In this document: piece after piece, positions 18,879 through 26,939 of the stretch
How positions within the stretch are numbered: position 1 is the first letter of the stretch
How the letters are laid out: each line of letters begins with the position of its first letter
DNA from: a virus
IMG/VR virus record: IMGVR_UViG_3300029240_000011
Length of the DNA stretch: 58,296 bases
Reading direction: 5' to 3' (one strand)
Position numbers and translations under genes: made by a program
Notes under the pieces: generated by a model
Databases searched by the model: none
What the model was told of the DNA's origin: nothing
The model's input: the letters and a program-made list of their open reading frames with translations, nothing else

Positions 18879-18929
18879 GGCTTCCTCCTATTTCTCTGTG
18901 GACATATTCAAACGGCTGGGCCGCTTAAA

Positions 18930-19157
18930 TTACTTTGTTGCATTGTGTTGCCACTCAAGTTCTTGCTCATCCAAATACTTGTGCCGCACCATATATCTCT
19001 CAATTTCATTTTCTGGGTAATTCGCAATAGCGTTGTAACTTCTCACATAGATATCGTGCGATTCTGGCAAGCCCTGTAATGACCTTTCCCAAGATTTCAC
19101 AATCACGCCAATCTGATTGCCATCTACTACGACAATGTCTCCAAAACAAAATTTCAT
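18930..19157 (-). CDS. hypothetical protein (75 aa)
   Basis: ATG 19157 forms an ATGA overlap with the upstream stop. Confidence 0.5.
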   Translation of the reverse strand: MKFCFGDIVVVDGNQIGVIVKSWERSLQGLPESHDIYVRSYNAIANYPENEIERYMVRHKYLDEQELEWQHNATK

Positions 19158-19759
19158 TTCACGGCCTCCAGCCAACACCTACATCGTCTATGGGGCTTCG
19201 GTGGTATCGCGTTAATGGAGTACACCTTCCCATTTCGCTCCCGGCAAGTTTCGCATACCTTTTCGTCACCAGCAGTAATCCACTTGACCTTTTTTACCCC
19301 GGCATCTCGATAGGCTTTTAGAGTTGATTCATCGGTCACGATATCCCCGTATGTAGCGGTCAGGTCAGCCCAGTAATGCAGCCCCCGTCGAAACTCAGTC
19401 ACCTTGGCCGTGCTGGAATTGATGCCCTCAGCGGTGTACTGCCTCTTTCGTTCGGCGTCGTTGTCATAGATAACCTTCGTGACGGCGTTATAAGCCGCCA
19501 GCAATGCCAGTAGCCACGCTAAATCAGGCGGTTCCTCTCCATGCGGTTCGGCCTCCTGATACCGCTCTTGCGCCAGCTCTAAAAAGGCAGACTGGTTATC
19601 GAATTGAAGGTCTCGGTATAAGCTCCGTGTGATTTCAAGCACATTAAGTTCATCAAAATTCAACCTTGCGGCTTGGTCTTTTGCGCTCTCAAACCTTCTA
19701 ATCGCTTTTTTATTAAGCAATTCAATCGTTTTGTCACTAAGCTCCCAGTACCTGCTCAT
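19154..19759 (-). CDS. head morphogenesis protein (SPP1 gp7 / Mu F-like)
   Basis: C-terminal ...WITAGDEKVCETCRERNGKVYSINAIPPKPHRRCRCWLEAV motif. Confidence 0.8.
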   Translation of the reverse strand: MSRYWELSDKTIELLNKKAIRRFESAKDQAARLNFDELNVLEITRSLYRDLQFDNQSAFLELAQERYQEAEPHGEEPPDLAWLLALLAAYNAVTKVIYDNDAERKRQYTAEGINSSTAKVTEFRRGLHYWADLTATYGDIVTDESTLKAYRDAGVKKVKWITAGDEKVCETCRERNGKVYSINAIPPKPHRRCRCWLEAVK

Positions 19760-20498
19760 TTAATTTCCCACCTTGTATAGGCTTTGTTAGAGCTTCTTCT
19801 AAACTCCATCCAGCCTTAATCCGGTATCGCAAAGTGCTTGAACTAACTCCATATTCTTTCGCAAGTTGCGCCAGTGTTTTTTGCTCACCCCTAAACAAAA
19901 TCTTTTTTGTATCTCTTCGGTTGTTTTGCTGTGTGTCCCAATCTACCCAGCGACAATTATCTGGCGAATAATCCTTGTTGGCATCTATTCTGTCTAAACT
20001 GCATTCCACAAATTTAAGAGCAGGGTCATATCCGCTTTGCTCGGCCCATTGCATGAAAGACTGAAAATTGTGCCATTCATCACAAACTTTTATTCCTCTT
20101 CCGCCGTAATTTTCATAACCCGTACTTGTGGGCCTACTGCACCTTCCTATCATATTGGCCCAAATCGAATACAGCCTACTATCGCATTGCCCATGTTTTT
20201 TCTTTGTTGTACTTGCTCTTTCTTTTTGGAGACATCCACAACTTTTAGATGCACCTTTTTTCAATGACTCTGTTGGAAACTCTTTGATTGTTCCACAATC
20301 ACACTGGCAAACCCAAAATGCTTGCCTATACTTTCGTGTTTTAGATGGAGATAAAACGACAAGCCTTCCGAATCTTCGCCCGGTCAAATCTACATGCTTT
20401 CCCAATATTGCTACCGCCTTTCGTAGTGCCTTATATTGTGAACTTGGAGGAAAACGGTAAGGCTTCCGTCTTGTCGCGTTGCAATCGCTATCCTCCAA
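19737..20498 (-). CDS. homing-endonuclease-like protein (Zn-ribbon DNA-binding module + degenerate HNH-like LDRID..NCRW module + C-terminal HTH)
   Basis: LTGRRFGRLVV, WVCQCDCG...SCGC, YGGRGIKVCDEW, SLDRIDANKDYSPDNCRW. Paralogous to 25794..26939. Start is uncertain. Confidence 0.55.
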   Translation of the reverse strand: MEDSDCNATRRKPYRFPPSSQYKALRKAVAILGKHVDLTGRRFGRLVVLSPSKTRKYRQAFWVCQCDCGTIKEFPTESLKKGASKSCGCLQKERASTTKKKHGQCDSRLYSIWANMIGRCSRPTSTGYENYGGRGIKVCDEWHNFQSFMQWAEQSGYDPALKFVECSLDRIDANKDYSPDNCRWVDWDTQQNNRRDTKKILFRGEQKTLAQLAKEYGVSSSTLRYRIKAGWSLEEALTKPIQGGKLNEQVLGA

Positions 20499-20506
20499 GG
20501 GGTCAC

Positions 20507-21964
20507 CTACTCACTTTGGGCTTCTTCAACATTCGATTGGACATGCTCTCCACGGGAAATTTCATCTCGCAAAGACCTTTGAAGTACAGCCTGCTGCTCT
20601 TCGTAGTAAGATTGAGAAATCCTGTACGCAGATTCTGGGTCGCTGAACAACCCACTGTACTGGAACGCCAGCTTCGGATGGATCTTGCTGTTGTTCAGCA
20701 TCTCCGCCAGAACCTGAGCCTTAGACTGAATGTTAGACAGGTTTTTCCGAGTGAACTCCGGCTTGATGTCGGACAGCTGCAAGCCCAAATCTCCAGTCTC
20801 CCGGCAGATATACAACACCAGCCGTAGAAACTCTCTCTCTGACCGCTCCCATGTCTTTTCCGTGTCCTTAGCCCGGCTCTCAGCAGCAGACCAGCCGTCC
20901 CGGTAAATGACCGCCTGACCGGTGTCGCTTGTAGAGGAACCGCCGTTCCGGTTCGGCATCCCGCAGATGGTTAGATAGGCGTCTTCCAAATCGTCCACAA
21001 CAGTCTGCGTGTTGGCCTGATTCAGCTCAGAGGCAATGCGGTAGACTTTGGCTTCCATACCAGGAACACCCTTAATTTCAATCGCCATGCCTCCAGAAGC
21101 AAGGGATCTGTATGCGTTCTTGTCAATTTCGCAATTCTGGAACACATCAAAAGCGTTCACGAAATCCTGGATACTGTCCAGCCGGTTAGACTCAATCATA
21201 TTGATGGCGTTCAGGATAGGGATGACCGGCTCAAAGGCCCCCATTCGTGCATCGTTGTTCACATACTCCACAATGGGGATGTATGGTATGGTGCGGGTCT
21301 CTTGCTTCGTGATCTTACCGTTCTGTACCTCGAAGTACCACTCCGGGGTATATACACAAAAATAAGGCTGACACTCTTCGTCTACTTGTTCTATCACACC
21401 CGCGACCTTTTTCTGCCCGATTCCGCTGTGATAGATGCAGAACGCAGCCCTCGGATCAAGGGTGTAAATGGATACGGGGGAACCATCTTCTTCTCCTGCT
21501 TCATCAGGGAGAACCATACGTACCGCCACACCGCAAATGTGCATCCAGTCTGCCAGTTCCTTATCGAGAGTGTCCTTGCTCTCGGCCCGCATATACTCAT
21601 TAAGTGTGTTTACACTGGCGGAAATATCATCCTCTCCGCCGTTGGATACATAGCGGATCGGGCCATCCAGCAGATAGGCCGTCTTGAAGGTCACGATCTC
21701 GTTCGCACGGTTAATCATCACCTTGTTGTTAATCTCCGGGCGGACGATTTTATTTTTCAGGCGGATGTCCTGTTTCCCTCTGTAATAATCATACAGGTAG
21801 GCTGTTTCTACCCTGTTGATACGATGCACTGCCAGCGCTTTTCCCAGAACATCCACCACATTTTCCGGGGTGACTCGCTTTTTCGAGGTGTAGATTTTAC
21901 GCCGACCCGTCAAACCATTGACCGGCCACTCAGATAAAGCTCGAACAGTATCGTTTTCAGTCAC
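20507..21964 (-). CDS. portal protein (SPP1 gp6-like)
   Basis: ~485 aa lying between TerL and MuF. GGAGG lies 7 nt before GTG 21964. The track ORF runs upstream into the 48-bp repeat. Confidence 0.8.
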   Translation of the reverse strand: MTENDTVRALSEWPVNGLTGRRKIYTSKKRVTPENVVDVLGKALAVHRINRVETAYLYDYYRGKQDIRLKNKIVRPEINNKVMINRANEIVTFKTAYLLDGPIRYVSNGGEDDISASVNTLNEYMRAESKDTLDKELADWMHICGVAVRMVLPDEAGEEDGSPVSIYTLDPRAAFCIYHSGIGQKKVAGVIEQVDEECQPYFCVYTPEWYFEVQNGKITKQETRTIPYIPIVEYVNNDARMGAFEPVIPILNAINMIESNRLDSIQDFVNAFDVFQNCEIDKNAYRSLASGGMAIEIKGVPGMEAKVYRIASELNQANTQTVVDDLEDAYLTICGMPNRNGGSSTSDTGQAVIYRDGWSAAESRAKDTEKTWERSEREFLRLVLYICRETGDLGLQLSDIKPEFTRKNLSNIQSKAQVLAEMLNNSKIHPKLAFQYSGLFSDPESAYRISQSYYEEQQAVLQRSLRDEISRGEHVQSNVEEAQSE

Positions 21965-22030
21965 CTTGCCACCTCCAAACAAACAAAAAAGCGCCAACAA
22001 GAATCCGGGAAATGAATCTCGGAAACTCAT

Positions 22031-22078
22031 TGGCACTTGGCACTGTTAGCTCCATCAGGGGAGAGGCACTTGGCACTG
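22031..22078. repeat. 48-bp element, perfect copy of 8027..8074
   Basis: Read directly. Sits in the leader of the portal gene. Confidence 0.9.
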
Positions 22079-22237
22079 GTTTATTTCAGTTTTCCTCAAA
22101 GGAAGAACTATTTTTATGTTTTTATGACATCCTTTGCAATATGGATAAACAGTTCCATTTGCATCGTCTTCTACTTCCATAAGCTTTCTTCGGATACCGG
22201 CGGCGGCACATATTGGGCAAAAAACATTTACCTTCAA
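22055..22237 (-). CDS. small zinc-ribbon protein (Mu Com-like pattern CPxC...CxxC)
   Basis: 60 aa, VFCPICAAAG...YPYCKGCHKNIKIV. TTG start. The 3' end runs into the repeat. Confidence 0.45.
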   Translation of the reverse strand: MKVNVFCPICAAAGIRRKLMEVEDDANGTVYPYCKGCHKNIKIVLPLRKTEINQCQVPLP

Positions 22238-22263
22238 TCAACCGCCCACCTTTCCTGAAAATT

Positions 22264-22337
22264 TGGAGCAGCGCACGGGTCTTGAACCCGTACCATCAGC
22301 TTTGAAAGCTGGTATGCGCCAATTACACCAGCGCTGC
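22264..22337 (-). tRNA. tRNA with anticodon UCA (opal suppressor type), CCA encoded
   Basis: Hand-folded cloverleaf: 7/7 acceptor pairs, 5/5 T stem with loop TTCAAGA, 4-bp D stem with GG in the loop, anticodon loop TT-TCA-AA, 4-nt variable loop, discriminator T. Confidence 0.8.
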
Positions 22338-22501
22338 AAATAGCCCTCGTAACAGGGCTATGTTGTGTGATTATCAGGATTTGCACACCGTCCTATACAT
22401 GCGCCATTTGTTTTCTCCCACTATACAGCGCAAGATACAATGGGAAAAGTGTCTCTTCCACAGCCAGCAAACCAGATTGGTTTATTTCCGCTTTTGCGGA
22501 T

Positions 22502-22578
22502 TGGTGGCACGGGGTGGGCTTGAACCGCCTTGTGCTCCCATCTGAGAGCCTATGCCCATCCATTCGGACATCCGTACC
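22502..22578 (-). ncRNA. tRNA-like element / tRNA pseudogene (acceptor, D and T arms present; non-canonical anticodon arm)
   Basis: GGTACGG/CCGTGCC acceptor stem + A + CCA. D stem GTCC/GGGC. T stem has one C-A mismatch. The anticodon region folds as GCTCTC-agat-GGGAGC, or with an 8-nt loop. Confidence 0.55.
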
Positions 22579-22654
22579 GTATTTGGGCCTCCGGCGATGT
22601 ACCGTCGGCCCGCTTACTCTCTCCCGAAATACTATATATTGTATTTCTTTTTTA

Positions 22655-22683
22655 ATTATACCACAATATAATGTGTTTGTAAA
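22655..22683 (-). promoter_or_regulatory. strong sigma-70-type promoter TTTACA-17-TATAAT (TG-extended) driving the tRNA locus
   Basis: Read directly. It is a near-duplicate of 31466..31494. Confidence 0.7.
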
Positions 22684-22714
22684 CCAATTTATGAGAAAAA
22701 ACACAAGATACTTT

Positions 22715-24337
22715 TTAAAACGGGCGTCGGAATACCTCCACCTTGTTCCCTTCTAGTTGCTGGACATACTCAGCAAACATTGCCAAAGCATCAGGAACAT
22801 CGTCATGTTTATTTTTACCTGCCATCGTATACCCGCAAAGGAAGTTGAGCATCCTTCGATATTCCTTGCCCTTCTTTATGACAGAGTTGTCTTTGAACAG
22901 CACATGGTCTTTCACCCACGGCGAGTTCACTATGATTTTTGTTTCCTTTTGCTGTGTCGTATATTTTGTGGTGATTTTCGCTATACCGCCAGCTTCTTTA
23001 ACTTCTTTCTGAACTTTTTCTGCTACTTTCCCACCAGCGCTGTTGCTTTCAAACTGGCCCATTTGAGCCTTATGCTGAAGGAGCTTTGACACCAGCCGCG
23101 CCTCTACAACCTCTGGATTGCTGTTGTCACATACCACGTCTTCGCAATAGAAGTCATTTCCGTACTGATAGCAAATTGGCATGACGCAGTAGTCAGTTCC
23201 CTTGTCTTTCGTGTCGCAAACGAACAGAATAGCGTCTGGCTTACCATCAGGAAGCTCAAAGTAGCGCCGTAGCTCATCTTCGTTGTAGAGCTGCCCTTCA
23301 CGCTCGATGGGTTGCGTCATGTAAAGTGCTCTCCATGATGCATCATCCATGACATCTCTCTGATTGTGATAGAATGCCGTGGTAAACCCAAGCCCATACG
23401 GATAATCAAAATTACTCTCATCGTTTTCATCCAGAGCAGGTAGGTGGATAAACTCTGCCAGTGGGTCTTCTGCATGGGCTAGTTCAAGTCGGTCAATGGG
23501 GTCATGCAGCGTCCATGGAGTTTGGACAAGGAGCTGGACGCAATCGCCAATCATTCTTTGCATCAGATCGGTATAATACTGTTGCCAGAGTTTATCCATC
23601 CGTTCTTTGCTCATTGCAGATTCAATATCAGGTACAAGGTCATCTGCTACCAGAAGATTAGAGGCACGAACTTTGCCCGCGTTACCAGATCCAATGGACG
23701 AAAACTCAAAGGTCTCAAACCGCTTTCGTTTTCCAAGATCAATTCGCATGTCCTGGGCGTTTGTTTTGCAAACTTGAGCAGATGGAAAAATATCTTTCCA
23801 CAAATACTCCCCTTTGGGGTCTAACATCCGCCCAACTTCTTCATAAGCCCCACGTAGGAATGAGTTTGAGTGCGAACCCATCAGAATGCTTAAATCTGGA
23901 TTCTTTAACCCCTCCATCACCATGAACATCAATTCAATGGTGGTCTTCCCGACGCCTGGGGGAGCCATAACACCCAAAATGCGTATCTTCCGTTCAGATA
24001 GCCGCTGCATGGCCTTGACAACAGGAAGTAGCTGCTTTCTGCGTGGCATATAAAACTTCTTTTTCGGCTCTCTATCCCACTCAGCATATCTTATCGCCGC
24101 ATCAAAATCATACGGTGCATCAAACAGCAGACTTCGCTTATTCAGATCAAACATCTTGAAGCTGTTCTGCTCTTTGGCATATTTGGCCGATAGGCGGCGG
24201 ACTTCCTTATTAACGCTGTGGGCTTCTTCAAAATTTTCGGATTCATACAATCTACATACATCAAACAAATCTTGCAACGCAGAGGCATCAGATAGATCTC
24301 TCTCTCTTGCTTTCTTAATCAGTTCATCAAGCTTCAC
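22715..24337 (-). CDS. terL: terminase large subunit
   Basis: 540 aa. Walker A MAPPGVGKTT. LLVADDLV Walker B-like motif. GTG start with a GGAGG SD. Confidence 0.85.
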   Translation of the reverse strand: MKLDELIKKARERDLSDASALQDLFDVCRLYESENFEEAHSVNKEVRRLSAKYAKEQNSFKMFDLNKRSLLFDAPYDFDAAIRYAEWDREPKKKFYMPRRKQLLPVVKAMQRLSERKIRILGVMAPPGVGKTTIELMFMVMEGLKNPDLSILMGSHSNSFLRGAYEEVGRMLDPKGEYLWKDIFPSAQVCKTNAQDMRIDLGKRKRFETFEFSSIGSGNAGKVRASNLLVADDLVPDIESAMSKERMDKLWQQYYTDLMQRMIGDCVQLLVQTPWTLHDPIDRLELAHAEDPLAEFIHLPALDENDESNFDYPYGLGFTTAFYHNQRDVMDDASWRALYMTQPIEREGQLYNEDELRRYFELPDGKPDAILFVCDTKDKGTDYCVMPICYQYGNDFYCEDVVCDNSNPEVVEARLVSKLLQHKAQMGQFESNSAGGKVAEKVQKEVKEAGGIAKITTKYTTQQKETKIIVNSPWVKDHVLFKDNSVIKKGKEYRRMLNFLCGYTMAGKNKHDDVPDALAMFAEYVQQLEGNKVEVFRRPF

Positions 24338-24493
24338 TATCTATCAATCCTCCAAAATATTCTTTCTCTGCGTTTAGTCTTGCATTTTTTGCTTCTTCTA
24401 AATTATCGAAGTATCCGAACAATATCACTTTTTTATCTCTTGAAATTTCTCTCTATCAAAGTGGTCGTGCCCGTAATGTACATATCTGCGCAT
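24327..24493 (-). pseudogene. split small ORF: SD-ATG 22-codon ORF ending A_AAA_AAG-TGA, then a -1 frame encoding an AP2-like remnant (ILFGYFDNLEEAKNARLNAEKEYFGG)
   Basis: Own translation of both frames. GGAGG SD before ATG 24493. Heptamer at 24428..24434. Confidence 0.45.
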
Positions 24494-24495
24494 AT

Positions 24496-24726
24496 TCAAT
24501 CCTCCGCCGGTTCTGGAATAGGCATCCAGTGAGTAACTATCATCCCTTTAAATACGGAATTTATTGGAGTACATTCCTCAAACATTTTATCTTGAAACTG
24601 CCAGGCTTCATATTCTTTTAAATATCTGTAATTAGACAAAATCTTTTTCTTACCCGCCCATCTTACCGTCACCATCACTGGCTCCATATCTGGTGGCATC
24701 CTATCAGTGCATTTGATCCAGTCCAT
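24496..24726 (-). CDS. DUF551-like protein
   Basis: MDWIKCTDRMPP...VTHWMPIPEP pattern. Confidence 0.6.
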   Translation of the reverse strand: MDWIKCTDRMPPDMEPVMVTVRWAGKKKILSNYRYLKEYEAWQFQDKMFEECTPINSVFKGMIVTHWMPIPEPAED

Positions 24727-24934
24727 TCAATATTGCCCCATCATAGTATCTGCAATTCTTATCAATCGGAAGCGAAAACTCCTCCGGCATATTCCCCAAA
24801 AAGAAACGGCTCATTTTTGTTCTTTTGCACCTTAGTGACCATCCAGCAGGAGACTCCATCCCATCAGGCCACTCAATCCTGTCGTGCCACTCTATTTCAT
24901 TGTATTCACAATTCACACAATTTCTCATAATCAC
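24704..24934 (-). CDS. hypothetical Cys-containing protein (76 aa)
   Basis: Track ORF. Confidence 0.45.
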   Translation of the reverse strand: MIMRNCVNCEYNEIEWHDRIEWPDGMESPAGWSLRCKRTKMSRFFLGNMPEEFSLPIDKNCRYYDGAILNGLDQMH

Positions 24935-24957
24935 CCATCATGCAACACAGCATCGCT

Positions 24958-25623
24958 TCAGGCATTATTTTGATCCAGTCCATACTTTTCTAACAACTCC
25001 CTCTTTTTCGAATCATACGCGGACTTTGCACTTTCAATAGACAGAAAACCCGTTTTTACCCAGCGTTCTCCAGAAACCTGAACGGCTACTCTGTATGTCT
25101 TGCCATTCTTTTCCAACATAACGCCACGCACACCGGTTTTGCTTCTTATCATCGCCTTATCTGACTTCACCGCCGCAATATCCGCACGTTTTGTTCCGCC
25201 CGTTTCTACGAACTTGGCCTTAACAGCAAGATCAGAGTATTTCTTCATTTCCTCGCTTTTGTATTGCTGGCAGCCGCATCCTTTTGGCTTATTCCTTATC
25301 GTCTGCGCGGGGAACTCTTTTTCAGATCCGCACATGGAACACTTGCACAGATACAGCGCGTTCCTGTGCTTGTCAATTCCGGTTCGCTTTAATACAGTCA
25401 GCGCACCATAGATTTTTCCGGTAAGATCTGCTGTTTTCTCACGCTTCTTGCATCCACAGTCTTTCTTTGGCGATTTTTTATCGGTTAACCGTTGGCCCTC
25501 CACGACGCACTCATTTCCGCATCTGCGACATATGCACCGCCAAAGCATGGCGCCTTTGGGCGAGCGCCCAGCGGGTTCTATTACTGTCAGTTCCCCAAAC
25601 CTTTGGCCGATGAGGTCTTTCAT
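24958..25623 (-). CDS. homing-endonuclease-like DNA-binding protein (two Zn-ribbon modules + C-terminal AP2 domain)
   Basis: LIGQRFGELTV, WRCICRRCG...DCGC, CKCSMCG...GCGC, then TGVRGVMLEKNGKTYRVAVQVSGERWVKTGFLSIESAKSAYD. Confidence 0.6.
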   Translation of the reverse strand: MKDLIGQRFGELTVIEPAGRSPKGAMLWRCICRRCGNECVVEGQRLTDKKSPKKDCGCKKREKTADLTGKIYGALTVLKRTGIDKHRNALYLCKCSMCGSEKEFPAQTIRNKPKGCGCQQYKSEEMKKYSDLAVKAKFVETGGTKRADIAAVKSDKAMIRSKTGVRGVMLEKNGKTYRVAVQVSGERWVKTGFLSIESAKSAYDSKKRELLEKYGLDQNNA

Positions 25624-25793
25624 CTTACTCACCAAAACCACCCTCTTTTTGTTTTGTGCGGCGATTTTTCAATGCGCCTTTTTTTCACGGGATTTTAGAA
25701 AGCTCTCCTTTCCAGCACATACCACTGGATCTTACTAATCCCAATCTGCTTACAGGCGGCCTCCACTGTGATGGAGCCGTCTTTTTTTATTTT

Positions 25794-26939
25794 TTAGGAT
25801 ATTGTCGTTTTTGGCCTACCAGCGGTAACTTTCGGCGTGGTTAATGCCTCGTATGGTGTCATGCCCATTTTCTTAATGCGGTAAGATACAAAAGAAAAGC
25901 TCAATCCGTATTGCTCGCACCAATCAATGGCCGACTTCGTTTCTCCATTAATCTCCCATTCCAGTTTCCGTTTCCTGCTCCGCTTTTTGGTTGGTCTTGC
26001 GGTAAATGTATATTTCGGATGTTGATTGTTTGCTTGCGCCTTTGCATCAGCCCACCTACAATTATCTGGTGAGTACCCTTTGTCGTTATCAATTCGGTCT
26101 ATTGATAAATTATCGGCATACCCATGCGACAGAGCCCAATCCCTAAACGCAAACACATCCTCTCTCCATTCATCACAAATGTCTATTCCTCGCCCACCGT
26201 ATGTTTTCCACGCATGGTTTTTGTGGTTATAACACCGCTCTTTCATTCCGCTCCAAATTCTGTATATCCTATCTTTTGATAATCCATGTGTACTAATAAG
26301 GGACTTATGATGAATACAATCTGCTTTTCCACAACTCTTTATTGTCCCATTTTCAAAAAGCACCGGATTTACTTCAACTGATCTACCGCAATCACATCTG
26401 CACACAAACATCTTTTTGCGTTTTCCAACAACGGTTAGATGGTATTTTCGAACACCTCTCCATTTTTCTATATCAAACTTTCCTCGGTTTGTTTGGCAAA
26501 TACAAACCATAGGATTTTCTCTCAACAAAAACTTTGGAGCGTGGTAATTCTCTGCACCACAAAAGGTACATCTCGTTTTCCAGCCGAATCCCGTTTTATA
26601 TCCAATTATCTCCCAGCATCCAATTTTCTGCCCAATCCACTTTGGGTTGCTTGGCAAATTTTCTCTTTTAATCCTTGCGGTTTCCTTTTCCGCTGCTATT
26701 CTTTTTCTTGTTTCACACCCACAAATCCCTTGATTCTTCCCTTTCGCATAATCTTTCCCGTTATGCGTGACTTTCTTCCTTCCGCACTTCTGACAGGTTA
26801 GCTCCCACATCTGTTTATGTGTTTCCCAATCATACCAAACACGGGTAACTTCAAAATCGCCGTACACTTTCCCGATTCTGTCAGAATAAAACTGATCCTG
26901 CATTTCAAGAACCTGTTTCTTGTTTGCCTCGTTAAACAT
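25794..26939 (-). CDS. homing-endonuclease-like protein (three Zn-ribbon modules + IDRIDNDKGYSPDNCRW module + HTH)
   Basis: 381 aa. Paralogous to 19737..20498. ATG overlaps the recombinase stop. Confidence 0.55.
   Translation of the reverse strand: MFNEANKKQVLEMQDQFYSDRIGKVYGDFEVTRVWYDWETHKQMWELTCQKCGRKKVTHNGKDYAKGKNQGICGCETRKRIAAEKETARIKRENLPSNPKWIGQKIGCWEIIGYKTGFGWKTRCTFCGAENYHAPKFLLRENPMVCICQTNRGKFDIEKWRGVRKYHLTVVGKRKKMFVCRCDCGRSVEVNPVLFENGTIKSCGKADCIHHKSLISTHGLSKDRIYRIWSGMKERCYNHKNHAWKTYGGRGIDICDEWREDVFAFRDWALSHGYADNLSIDRIDNDKGYSPDNCRWADAKAQANNQHPKYTFTARPTKKRSRKRKLEWEINGETKSAIDWCEQYGLSFSFVSYRIKKMGMTPYEALTTPKVTAGRPKTTIS

Noticed and set aside
22264-22337. tRNA-Sec or a whole-genome alternative genetic code (code 4 or 25) as the explanation for the UCA anticodon.
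   Set aside because: A 7-bp acceptor stem and a 4-nt variable loop are not Sec-like. Many genes terminate at TGA with ATGA-coupled restarts. The long ORFs need no TGA sense codons.
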